A stretch of DNA of 64,000 nt, taken from assembly GCA_036496625.1 (NCBI GenBank), contig DASXKW010000011.1:2372-66371 (forward strand), written 5' to 3'. The stretch is from Solirubrobacterales bacterium (GTDB taxonomy: Bacteria; Actinomycetota; Thermoleophilia; Solirubrobacterales; 70-9). The translations under genes were made by a program, and so were the position numbers. Position 1 is the first letter of the stretch, and each line of letters opens with the position of its first letter. The notes beneath the pieces were generated by a model. That model was given only the letters and a program-made list of their open reading frames with translations, had not been told where the DNA came from and did not search any database. Below, piece after piece: positions 19,518-27,732 of the stretch.

Positions 19518-19927
19518 GCTCGCTCACCCTCTCGCTCGTCGAGGTCGACGAGCACTTCCTCGCAGGTGTCGAGGCCGAGCTGGAAGCGGGCGTCGGTCTC
19601 GGCGTCGGCTTTCTTGGACTCGCGCTCGGTGCCCGACTCCAAGAGCACCTTTTCGGCCTCGCCGTGGAGGCGCTTCAGCACTTCCATCAGGTCGTGGGTC
19701 GGCATCGTCAGCTCGAATGCCTCGCGGTTGTCCTTCGGCTGCCAGCCGATGTCGGCCAGCAGGCGGAAGTCTTCGCCGAACTCGATGCCGAGCCGCTCGG
19801 CGGTGGCGAAGTCCTCGTTCTCCTCCAGCGCGATCCAGACGTCGCCGATCGCGCCGAGGTGGTTGCGGACCAGCTCGTAGAGACCGTCGCGCTGATCGCG
19901 GTCGATCGTCGCGGTGATGCTGGGCAT
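19514..19927 (-). CDS. Acidic hypothetical protein
   Basis: D/E-rich, no recognisable domain; ATG 19927 preceded by AAAGGGGGG. Confidence 0.5.
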   Translation of the reverse strand: MPSITATIDRDQRDGLYELVRNHLGAIGDVWIALEENEDFATAERLGIEFGEDFRLLADIGWQPKDNREAFELTMPTHDLMEVLKRLHGEAEKVLLESGTERESKKADAETDARFQLGLDTCEEVLVDLDEREGERA

Positions 19928-20020
19928 GGCGCCCCCCTTTCGGTAGGGCACCGAAGAGCCGCCTCAGATCAGGGCCGTCGCTCTACCCGAGCACCGAAGT
20001 GCTCTGGGAGAATCGGTCGC

Positions 20021-20045
20021 GCATCGAAGGATGGTTCTTCGGTGC
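20021..20045. promoter_or_regulatory. Palindromic candidate operator GCATCGAAG-N7-CTTCGGTGC
   Basis: Lies in the divergent intergenic region; additional GCACCGAAG copies at 19948-19956 and 19991-19999. Confidence 0.4.
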
Positions 20046-20249
20046 CAGGCCCCGGGGCGTTAGTGCGCCGCCGGGGCCACTATGTCTTGGTCGGCGATGG
20101 ACGTTAGCTCTGCTGCGCGGAGGAAGCGAGCCGATTGCTGTGGATAGGTGCGGATCGCCTGAAGATCGATTCTTCGGTATCGCGTCGGTCGTCAATCGGG
20201 ACATATCCTGTCCTGAATAACCGACTGAGACGACCTGAAGGGGCAGGGG

Positions 20250-22979
20250 ATGACAAGCCCGAAGCAGCATTCCGCCAAGGAGCCACAGCCATACGCGCAG
20301 TTCTGGCGCTGCGATCTGCAATGCCATTCTCCACTCGAGCCCGAGTTCAAGCCCGGCGTTTCCCGCGACGACAAAGCAGCAGTCACAGGGGCTGCGAAAC
20401 GGTATGTCGACGCCGCGGTGGAGCGCGGCTTGGACGCAATCGCGGTTACTGACCACAACTCGGTTGCGTTCCTTAAAGAGCTCATGGCCGCTGCCACTGG
20501 ACGACTTGTCATCTTCCCGGGCATCGAGGTTTCGGCTGCTGACGGCTACCACTTGCTCGTGATATTCGAGATCGGCACTCGCCCCGCGGTGATCCAGGAA
20601 TTCCTTGCCAAGATTGGGATCAAAGCGGGCGAGGAGCGCGGCCCCCAAGGCGAGCCTGTATGCGCAGAGGACGGTTGGAGTTGGGGCAAGATTCTTGACG
20701 AGGTTGCGCGTCGCAGCGATGCGATCGCGATCGCTCCGCATGTACGAAGCGGCAAGGGCATTCTCAAGAGCAGCATTGCCGGCGAGGTGAAGGCTCGCAA
20801 CTGGAAGCACCCTCACCTCTACGCGATCGAGGACAATCGCAAGTCGTTGATCCCGAAAGGGAGCATGACCGACAAGGTCATGCTGAATGAACTCGACGAC
20901 TACCGCAGGGTGCGAGTTCCCGCGCGGGTTTGGGGGTCTGACTGCAAGTCCTATGACGGCTTGGGTTCTGAATGCACCTTCATCAAGATGACTGAGCCCA
21001 GCATCGAAGGCCTGCGTCAGGCATTCCTGGATCCCGGCTCGCGAATCCGCCATCCAGAGGATTTCCAGCTACACGCCCGTGATCGAATCCTGCGCGTGGG
21101 CTGGCAGGCTGGCTTTCTCTCTGAGCAGGAGGTGGTCTTCTCGGAACAGCTCTCCTGTCTAATCGGCGGAAAGGGAACGGGAAAGTCGACCGTGATCGAG
21201 TCCGTCCGATTTGCTCTCGGCAAGGAGCACGTTGACCAACCACTGGCAAGTCAGTACGAGGGCCTGCTTGAGAGCGCGCTCCCGCGTGGCACCAAGATCA
21301 CCCTGGAAGTCGCCCGGCGCGACGGCTCTCGCTATACGGTCTCCCGAACCGAGCCGTATGAGGCGGAGGTCAGCGACGAGACCGGTGTCGCTGTGGATAT
21401 TCCCGCTATCGACACCATCGATCCGACGATTCTCAGTCAGGGGGAGATCCTCTCGATCGCTCGTCGACCGACTTCCCACCTCGCACTCCTTGATGCTTTC
21501 CTCGAGGATGAGTTGTCAGCGCTGCAAGACACGCAAGAGAAGATAGGACGCGACCTCGCACGCAACCGCTCCCAGTTCGTGGAGGCGATTGAGGAACGTG
21601 AGAGCCTGGCGGAGGACCGAAACGAAATCATTCGCCTAAAGGAGGCGAAGAAGGCCTACGACAAACGGGGTCTGAGTGCTCGCACTGAGCAGCGTCGTGC
21701 CCTCGACCGCGAGGAACGCCTCGTCAAAGAGGCGATCGAAGCGGCGTCCGAAGCTGAGGCGGAGCTCGCTGGGCTCGAAGAGGAGGTGGAGTTGCCTTAC
21801 CTCCTGGTTGATAGGGACCTGCCGCACCATGAGCTTTGGAAGCCGCTACACAAACGCTGGCTGAAAGCCGTGAAAGTAGTTGCTGACCTTCGAACCAAAG
21901 GCGCCACCCTCTATGAGGGACTGGCCGAGGAACTAAGACAGATCACGGCAAGCGAGTCGGAGTGGGTCAGATCGATTGCCCGCCAGCGCGAGGAGGTATC
22001 CGCGGTCTACCGCGAACTGCAAGAGGAGTATCCGGATCTAGACCTCGCTCAGTTCGACAGGCTCGACCGCGCGCTTGAGGAGCTGCAGTCACGGATTGAC
22101 GATGGTGCTGGCATCGAGGCGCAGATCTCCGAGCTGTCGGGCAAGCGGCGCAAACTGCTTAAGCGGTTGCGAGAGAACCGCCGAGATCAGTTCCTCTTGC
22201 GAAACGAGTTGGCTGCGGGTCTAAACGAGGCTTTGATTGGCAGCGTCCGCATCGACGTCGAGTTTCTCGGGGACCGCGACAGCGCCCTGGAGCATCTGCT
22301 GGAGCTGAAGAGCGGTGTGCGTCGCGAGGCGTTGAAGCGGATCGTCGAGCACGACGACTTCACCCCGGAGCGTCTGGGAGAGACGCTGGGCAAAGGGGCC
22401 GAGGCGACTGTCGCAACCTTTGGCATTACCGAGGGGCAGGCGTCGACCCTCATCAGCAAGACGAGCATCGCACATAGACTTCAGCTCGAAGAGCTCCTCA
22501 TTCCTGAGCGCGTCGTAATTAACTTCAACACCTCACGACGCGGCGATGATCCTCGCTACCGCAACCTTTTGAATGTCAGTGTTGGCCAGAAGGCGACCTG
22601 CGTACTTCTCATTCTTCTGGCTCAAGACGGTCCACCTTTGATCGTCGATCAGCCGGAGGACGATCTCGACAATCGCTTCGTCTACGACGACATCGTCGAG
22701 CGTCTCCGCGACGTCAAGGACAAGAGGCAACTAATCCTGTCGACCCACAATGCGAACATTCCCGTGTTGGGCGACGCCGAGTTGATCGCCGTCATGGACA
22801 CCGAGGAGCGCAGCGGCAGAACCGCTGGTGTTGTCTCCGACCTCGGCTCTATCGATTCCGCCTCCATTCGCCGCTCGGTTACTCACATCCTTGAGGGAGG
22901 CCGCCGCGCCTTCCGCCGACGCCAGGAAAAGTATGGGGCCCCCGGACTCGACGAAGACGAGCAGCTGGGCAAGGAATGA
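20250..22979 (+). CDS. PHP-domain phosphoesterase fused to ABC/SMC-type coiled-coil ATPase
   Basis: PHP motifs (CDLQCHSP, IAVTDHNS, GIEVSA, IAPH). Walker A GGKGTGKST, Q-loop SQGE, long coiled coil, signature-like SVGQKA, Walker B LIVDQPEDDLD, STHN. Lower G+C than flanks. Confidence 0.85.
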   Translation: MTSPKQHSAKEPQPYAQFWRCDLQCHSPLEPEFKPGVSRDDKAAVTGAAKRYVDAAVERGLDAIAVTDHNSVAFLKELMAAATGRLVIFPGIEVSAADGYHLLVIFEIGTRPAVIQEFLAKIGIKAGEERGPQGEPVCAEDGWSWGKILDEVARRSDAIAIAPHVRSGKGILKSSIAGEVKARNWKHPHLYAIEDNRKSLIPKGSMTDKVMLNELDDYRRVRVPARVWGSDCKSYDGLGSECTFIKMTEPSIEGLRQAFLDPGSRIRHPEDFQLHARDRILRVGWQAGFLSEQEVVFSEQLSCLIGGKGTGKSTVIESVRFALGKEHVDQPLASQYEGLLESALPRGTKITLEVARRDGSRYTVSRTEPYEAEVSDETGVAVDIPAIDTIDPTILSQGEILSIARRPTSHLALLDAFLEDELSALQDTQEKIGRDLARNRSQFVEAIEERESLAEDRNEIIRLKEAKKAYDKRGLSARTEQRRALDREERLVKEAIEAASEAEAELAGLEEEVELPYLLVDRDLPHHELWKPLHKRWLKAVKVVADLRTKGATLYEGLAEELRQITASESEWVRSIARQREEVSAVYRELQEEYPDLDLAQFDRLDRALEELQSRIDDGAGIEAQISELSGKRRKLLKRLRENRRDQFLLRNELAAGLNEALIGSVRIDVEFLGDRDSALEHLLELKSGVRREALKRIVEHDDFTPERLGETLGKGAEATVATFGITEGQASTLISKTSIAHRLQLEELLIPERVVINFNTSRRGDDPRYRNLLNVSVGQKATCVLLILLAQDGPPLIVDQPEDDLDNRFVYDDIVERLRDVKDKRQLILSTHNANIPVLGDAELIAVMDTEERSGRTAGVVSDLGSIDSASIRRSVTHILEGGRRAFRRRQEKYGAPGLDEDEQLGKE

Positions 22980-23130
22980 GACAGGCCGTCGGTCCGGTGG
23001 CTGGTTAATAGGAGGTTTGCAGCTGGCCACACGATGTGGCTCAAGCCGTGTGATTTGTGACGCCCAGGTGTTGGAGACCGGAATTAGCCGCGAAGGTGAC
23101 TCTGGCTCGTCAAATTACCGGCGAATCGAC

Positions 23131-23165
23131 TAAAGAAAGAGACCGCCACGAAAACCGGAGGGCGG
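23131..23165 (-). terminator. Possible intrinsic terminator downstream of the STAND NTPase gene
   Basis: On the minus strand: CCGCC-N13-GGCGG followed by TCTCTTTCTTT; short stem. Confidence 0.3.
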
Positions 23166-23195
23166 AGCGAACTAATCGACCCCTTTGGTCGATGC

Positions 23196-25487
23196 TTAGC
23201 CGAGCCGCTCGAACATCAGCGCGATATCGCGGTCGCTGTCGCCGTAATCGGACTCGAGCTCCTCTGCGGAATCCCTCGCGAAGTGTTGACGGTCAGGTTC
23301 GTAGTCGTCGTCCGGATCCTCCTCGGAGAGCAATTCCCGGGCCTCCTCGAATCTCTCGTTGTCCACCGAGGAGTCCAGGCTCATGTAGTGAAATTCGAGG
23401 GTATCGACCTCGTTTGGACCGTCGAGCCAAGCGACTGGGTCGTCGAGGACCTCTTCGAGATATTCCCCGAAGCCTCTGCAGATCTCCGTCCATTCGGCAT
23501 CGCTGAAAAGGTCTGGCACAGCGTCATGGAGCTCGTCAACGCAGCCCCACCTCTCGGGCCCGGAATCCATCTGCTCGACTACCGCTCGAACGATTTCGCC
23601 ACTAGCTGTCAACTCGAAGGCACCGAGTTTCGACAAGCCGGGAAGAAGTCTTGGCGTTGCCGTGTCGACCGGGGCTGAGGTATTGCCGACATCGGACAGC
23701 CATTTCCGACCGATGTCGATCCAGACCTCCACATGATCCGCCAGCTCGGGCGTCTCATTCACATATTTCAAGACGCGCTGGAGCCGACTCTGCAGGACCG
23801 GATGATCATCCCACGTCCACGGAGCGTCCATCAATTCGAAGATCAGGGAGATACCAGATCCTTCGACGACTGCCGACTCAAGCGTTCTACCGAATGCCTC
23901 GCTGAAGGCTCTTGCGAGCCGCGGGGGTGGCGATCCGTCGGTCGGGCTCAGCGCGTTCCACAGCCAGACGACCTGCTCAAAGAAGTGCGCCCCCCGGATC
24001 GCCTGTTCGGCATCGGCGGGACTCGCGAGTAGGTAGTTGCGAAGGAAATCGACAAGGGAAGGGTTTATGAAGGAGAGGTGAGAGTCTGCGCCACCATCAG
24101 AACGGAGGAAGGAGTCATCCAGGACCTCGAGCGAACGGATGAACTGCCTGCCGGCGACGGGTAGCCCTTGCGCCTTGCAGGCACTCTCGAAGGCCGCTTC
24201 GACATCCCGGTCGGATGCCCTCCGGGGTAGCCCCAGCATGGAGGTCAGCATGGCTCGTTCGGCGGCGCCGAGCCCCTGCTCGAACGCATGGCTCCAAAGC
24301 TGCTGGGGATTGTTCAGGACCGAGAGGCAGTAGGACGCGTAATCCTCTTTCTCCTCATCCGAGGGTCGATGGCCTGACCATCCGGTGATCCACTCGATCA
24401 ACCGTGGGTTGTAGCCCTCGTGATCTATGACCTTCAGATAGTTGCGGTCTGCTCGCAGAGAAAGCCGCGCTGTGGCGTCGATCGCATCAGAGAAGTAGAT
24501 GTGGTTATAGAAGATCCGCGCCTTCTCCTGGCGGTTATAGCTGTCGATCGTCAGAAGGAACTTGCGGTCCTCGTTGGCATCCCGGTCCAAAGCCTCCGAT
24601 AGTTGCGTCGCCTGGCGCAGGATGTACTCGCGCGTAGCCAGGACGAATCGTCTCCTTGGCGTGCGCATCACCTTCTTCATCAACTTCAGCAGCTCAGCGT
24701 CGTAATGGCGCGATTCAAAGAGCGCAGTCTGGCCGAGGAAGTCGTCGAAATAGAAGAGCTGCGACTCGTCCTCGACTTCCAACAGCTTCCACGCATCGTC
24801 GAGCCCGCCGGGCGCGATCTCGTAGGGCTGAAAACCCTCCTCCAGGGCGTCTAGCATCAGAAGACGCGCGAGCGTGGTCTTGCCGACTCCTGGTGGTCCT
24901 GCGATGACACAGAGCTTCTGCTGGCGGAGAATCTGTCTCGCGTTGTGAAACGCCTCGGTTTCCACGACTCGCGGCAGCGCTTGCCGCGATTCTTCCAGTA
25001 GAGCGCGGCTCCTTTGGAAGGCGGCCGCGTTCAGTAGTTGCTGCAGCGGACCAGCTCCTGCCAACCAAAGCTTCACATGACGGCTTTCCACGCGGGTGTG
25101 GTTCCGCAGTAGACGGCGCAGATCGTTTTCCCCGTACACATTGTCCACGGAATCGATCCATTGCCCAAGGATTGATGCGATCTCGTCCCTCTGTCGATGG
25201 TTCAGGCGTAGCGAGGTTGCGAACCGGTAAGACCCAAAGCTCGCCCCTGCCGCCTTGAGCTTGGCTGCCTCCACCTTCGCCACTGTCCGCAGCTTCGCGT
25301 AGGTCCCATCGCGGTAATGCTTGCATTGGACCACATGCTCGCCTCCTTCGTCATCGACTGCGAGGACATCGATCCCTCCATCCCGTCCACGGGTTCCGGC
25401 TCTGAACGGGCGCCCAAACTCAGCCCGCATCAGGTCGGCAACAAGCTCCTCAAAGTCGAGGTCGGAAAGTTCGTCGAACTTAGCCAT
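23196..25487 (-). CDS. Mrr-like PD-(D/E)xK nuclease domain + STAND-type P-loop NTPase + helical C-terminal region
   Basis: GGIDVLAV...HVVQCKHY (Mrr_cat-like), Walker A GPPGVGKTT, Walker B LFYFDDFLG, REYILRQA and YNPRLIEW blocks, acidic tail; ATG 25487 preferred over TTG 25511. Confidence 0.85.
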   Translation of the reverse strand: MAKFDELSDLDFEELVADLMRAEFGRPFRAGTRGRDGGIDVLAVDDEGGEHVVQCKHYRDGTYAKLRTVAKVEAAKLKAAGASFGSYRFATSLRLNHRQRDEIASILGQWIDSVDNVYGENDLRRLLRNHTRVESRHVKLWLAGAGPLQQLLNAAAFQRSRALLEESRQALPRVVETEAFHNARQILRQQKLCVIAGPPGVGKTTLARLLMLDALEEGFQPYEIAPGGLDDAWKLLEVEDESQLFYFDDFLGQTALFESRHYDAELLKLMKKVMRTPRRRFVLATREYILRQATQLSEALDRDANEDRKFLLTIDSYNRQEKARIFYNHIYFSDAIDATARLSLRADRNYLKVIDHEGYNPRLIEWITGWSGHRPSDEEKEDYASYCLSVLNNPQQLWSHAFEQGLGAAERAMLTSMLGLPRRASDRDVEAAFESACKAQGLPVAGRQFIRSLEVLDDSFLRSDGGADSHLSFINPSLVDFLRNYLLASPADAEQAIRGAHFFEQVVWLWNALSPTDGSPPPRLARAFSEAFGRTLESAVVEGSGISLIFELMDAPWTWDDHPVLQSRLQRVLKYVNETPELADHVEVWIDIGRKWLSDVGNTSAPVDTATPRLLPGLSKLGAFELTASGEIVRAVVEQMDSGPERWGCVDELHDAVPDLFSDAEWTEICRGFGEYLEEVLDDPVAWLDGPNEVDTLEFHYMSLDSSVDNERFEEARELLSEEDPDDDYEPDRQHFARDSAEELESDYGDSDRDIALMFERLG

Positions 25488-25683
25488 CAGCCCCGATTCT
25501 CGGCAATCCAAGAAGAAAAAGCGTCTTCAGTCGACGGAGGGGTCGCAACTACGACGCGGCAAGCAATCCTGGGCGGGGTCAATCTTGCGATCCCACCGCC
25601 GGAGTCCCTCTTTTGCTGCCGAGGAGCGTGCGGCCCAAAAAGGGGCCAGATCCGGTAGCAGCACGCCCTGCACCCCGCCTCAC

Positions 25684-25750
25684 CCCGGATCTCAATCCGG
25701 CGTCCTTTGACGACTCCTGCCTGTCGCTTCGGCCGTTCCTTCAAATCGGC
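25684..25750. repeat. Degenerate copy of the integrase-tail/att block
   Basis: CGGATCTCAATCCGGCGTCCTTTGACGACTCCTGCCTGTCGCTTCGG aligns with blocks at 27752-27804 and 36888-36940. Confidence 0.5.
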
Positions 25751-25795
25751 GGTGTCGGTTCAGGCCGGTCCCGCGATTGTTCACCGGATGAGAGG

Positions 25796-26299
25796 TTATG
25801 AGGCGAGTGGGTCCTGGCCGAGGATGCGGCTTGAGGGCATGGCTTTCTTACGCAGGTCGATGGGATCGAGGCTGGCTTTCTTGGCGAGCTTGCCGATGAA
25901 CTGATCGGGGTGGTGGCCCCCTCCCGTACGGCCGGGAAGCCGCCAGACCTGTGGCTTGCGGAGTGTGGTGCGGGAGGCGATGTCCTCGATGTGGGCCAGA
26001 ACCAGGCCGGTGGAGCGGATCGGATCGTGGCCGGCGGCGACGGGTGCGACGAGCGTCAGGCGCGTAAAGCCGAGGACCGCCAGCTCACGCTCCTGGTCGA
26101 GCATGCTCGTGTCGTTGCTGATCAGTCCGTCCCATTCGCGGGAGTGGTGGTGGAGGGCGAGCAGCAATTCCCAGTCGTCGAGTTCCGGTAGGCGCGGATC
26201 GATGTCGCCGATCGGCACCAGCTCGACATCGCGGAGATACGGTTTTGCTTGCTCGATGATCGGCATCGGGTAGTTGTGGTCGAGAGCGAACAGAGCCAC
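25796..26299 (-). CDS. PIN-like (DUF5615/Mut7-C-like) putative toxin
   Basis: FALDHNYP..., DDWELL, LISNDTSM acidic motifs spaced as in PIN-like folds; follows a DUF433-type gene. Confidence 0.5.
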   Translation of the reverse strand: MALFALDHNYPMPIIEQAKPYLRDVELVPIGDIDPRLPELDDWELLLALHHHSREWDGLISNDTSMLDQERELAVLGFTRLTLVAPVAAGHDPIRSTGLVLAHIEDIASRTTLRKPQVWRLPGRTGGGHHPDQFIGKLAKKASLDPIDLRKKAMPSSRILGQDPLAS

Positions 26300-26318
26300 T
26301 GTCGCCTCCTCCGACTGC

Positions 26319-26990
26319 CTACGCCGCAGCCGCTACCGGTTCCAGGTTCCTGGCAAGTTGGGCCTCGAGATCCAGCGCTTCGTTGATCGCCGTCCTGTCG
26401 AAGCTCGGATAGAGGCCGTAGAGCTTTGCCTTGTCGACTCCGCGCTGCGCAATCGCGGCGAGGGCCTCCGTCTCCAGACGAGTGCGAAGAAGGTGGGGGG
26501 CGCCAGCCAACTTGCTGGCGATGATTCGCAGCCGGGGTCGAGGCGCGAACAGGTCCGGTCCTCGAATCCCCGCCTCGGACTCGAACGGCTCGATCAGATC
26601 CAGGTTGTGGAGAGGCAGTTGCCCTCCAACCGGCACGCTGTCCTCTGCCGGTCCGACGTAGACCTCTCCTTCGCGACTCACCCGCACCATGTAACCGTCC
26701 TCCTCGTCCCAAAGATCGAGGTCAATGCGATCGAGCTCGGCGAGAGCATCTCGGACTACCGACATCGGGGTCGGGGGTATCTCGTCGCCCTCGGGCGTCG
26801 GCTTTGGGTGGCGCAGCCAGTAGATGGCGCGCAGGCCCATCAAGTCCGTGTACGACCAGAGCTTCACCCGAGTCGGCGACACGCTGGGGACGAGCCATTC
26901 CTTGCGTGCCCAGTGGTGGACCGTCGACTTCGGCACTCCGGAGAGCGCTGCTGCCCGCTCGGCGGTATATGCGCCACGGCGATCGTTCAT
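26319..26990 (-). CDS. MerR-like HTH + DUF433-like protein (putative antitoxin/regulator)
   Basis: YTAERAAALSGVPKSTVHHWARKEW HTH; C-terminal RIIASKLAGAPHLLRTRLETEALAAI... resembles DUF433; Met at 26990. Confidence 0.55.
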   Translation of the reverse strand: MNDRRGAYTAERAAALSGVPKSTVHHWARKEWLVPSVSPTRVKLWSYTDLMGLRAIYWLRHPKPTPEGDEIPPTPMSVVRDALAELDRIDLDLWDEEDGYMVRVSREGEVYVGPAEDSVPVGGQLPLHNLDLIEPFESEAGIRGPDLFAPRPRLRIIASKLAGAPHLLRTRLETEALAAIAQRGVDKAKLYGLYPSFDRTAINEALDLEAQLARNLEPVAAAA

Positions 26991-27079
26991 CTGCCCAGTA
27001 TCGCGCGCCGGCCCGACGAGTGGCCTCGTTCTCGAAGGGATGCCAGCGATGATCTTGGCTGTGCTCGTGCGCACCACCC

Positions 27080-27517
27080 TTACATCGCCCCTGTGCTGAG
27101 GCGCTCGACGGCAGCGAGAACTCGCTCGAACTGGCCTTCGGCAAGCAAGTCGATCGGCTTCTCTCCGCCCAGGTCGCGGCTGCGGCCGTGAACCCAGATG
27201 TCGGTGCCCTCGGCGGTGTAGACATCGCGCAGCCGCTCCAAGATGTAGTGGAGCTCCAGCAGCCGGTCTTTCGCTTGCCCTTGGGGCCGGTGGGTGCCGG
27301 CGGCCCAGTGCTGGACCTGGCGCGTCTTGACGCCAGTGATCTTCGCCAGCTCGGCGTTGGTCAAGACGCCGCCTCGGAGATCGTCGACGAGGTGGGCATA
27401 GAGGCCAATGGGCGGGGGTGCTTGCGTTGTTTGCATTGACATCCGCATCATGCCGGAAGACAGCGCATCAAACAACGCCCCAAATGACATGGTCGTCAGA
27501 CTGGCGTTCATCGACAC
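27080..27517 (-). CDS. Xre/MbcA/ParS-type antitoxin (HTH + DUF2384 toxin-binding domain), no cognate RES toxin adjacent
   Basis: LTNAELAKITGVKTRQVQHWAAG HTH; C-terminal WVHGRSRDLGGEKPIDLLAEGQFERVLAAVERL typical of DUF2384. Confidence 0.65.
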   Translation of the reverse strand: MSMNASLTTMSFGALFDALSSGMMRMSMQTTQAPPPIGLYAHLVDDLRGGVLTNAELAKITGVKTRQVQHWAAGTHRPQGQAKDRLLELHYILERLRDVYTAEGTDIWVHGRSRDLGGEKPIDLLAEGQFERVLAAVERLSTGAM

Positions 27518-27540
27518 TGCCGACGTACGATCATTGACTT

Positions 27541-27732
27541 ATGAAATGGCCTGAACATCCGAAGCCTCATCACCAAGCCCGGAGCGGCGACGCGAATGCC
27601 ACCCGGCGGGCACCCGTCGGCCTGTCCGTGATTGCACTTGACGAGGAAGAGGCCCGCCGCTTCCTCAAGGCGCTTGAGCGGCCCTGCGGCCAAACGGTCG
27701 CGCGGCTCGCAGACCTGCGTCACCGGGCGTAG
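27541..27732 (+). pseudogene. Possible fragment of a DUF1778 (TacA-like) antitoxin
   Basis: Only the C-terminal IALDEEEARRFLKALERP pattern is recognisable; no GNAT toxin downstream. Confidence 0.3.

Noticed and set aside
19983-21053. 356-aa minus-strand ORF overlapping the start of the PHP-ATPase gene
   Set aside because: It has no recognisable motifs and overlaps 800 nt of a gene with strong domain signatures. It was judged spurious.
22980-23195. Possible small gene or ncRNA in the 216-bp gap between the two convergent cargo genes
   Set aside because: Only short hairpins (GCCACA-CGA-TGTGGC, ATCGACC-CCTTTG-GTCGAT) consistent with terminators were seen. There is no ORF with a coding signature.
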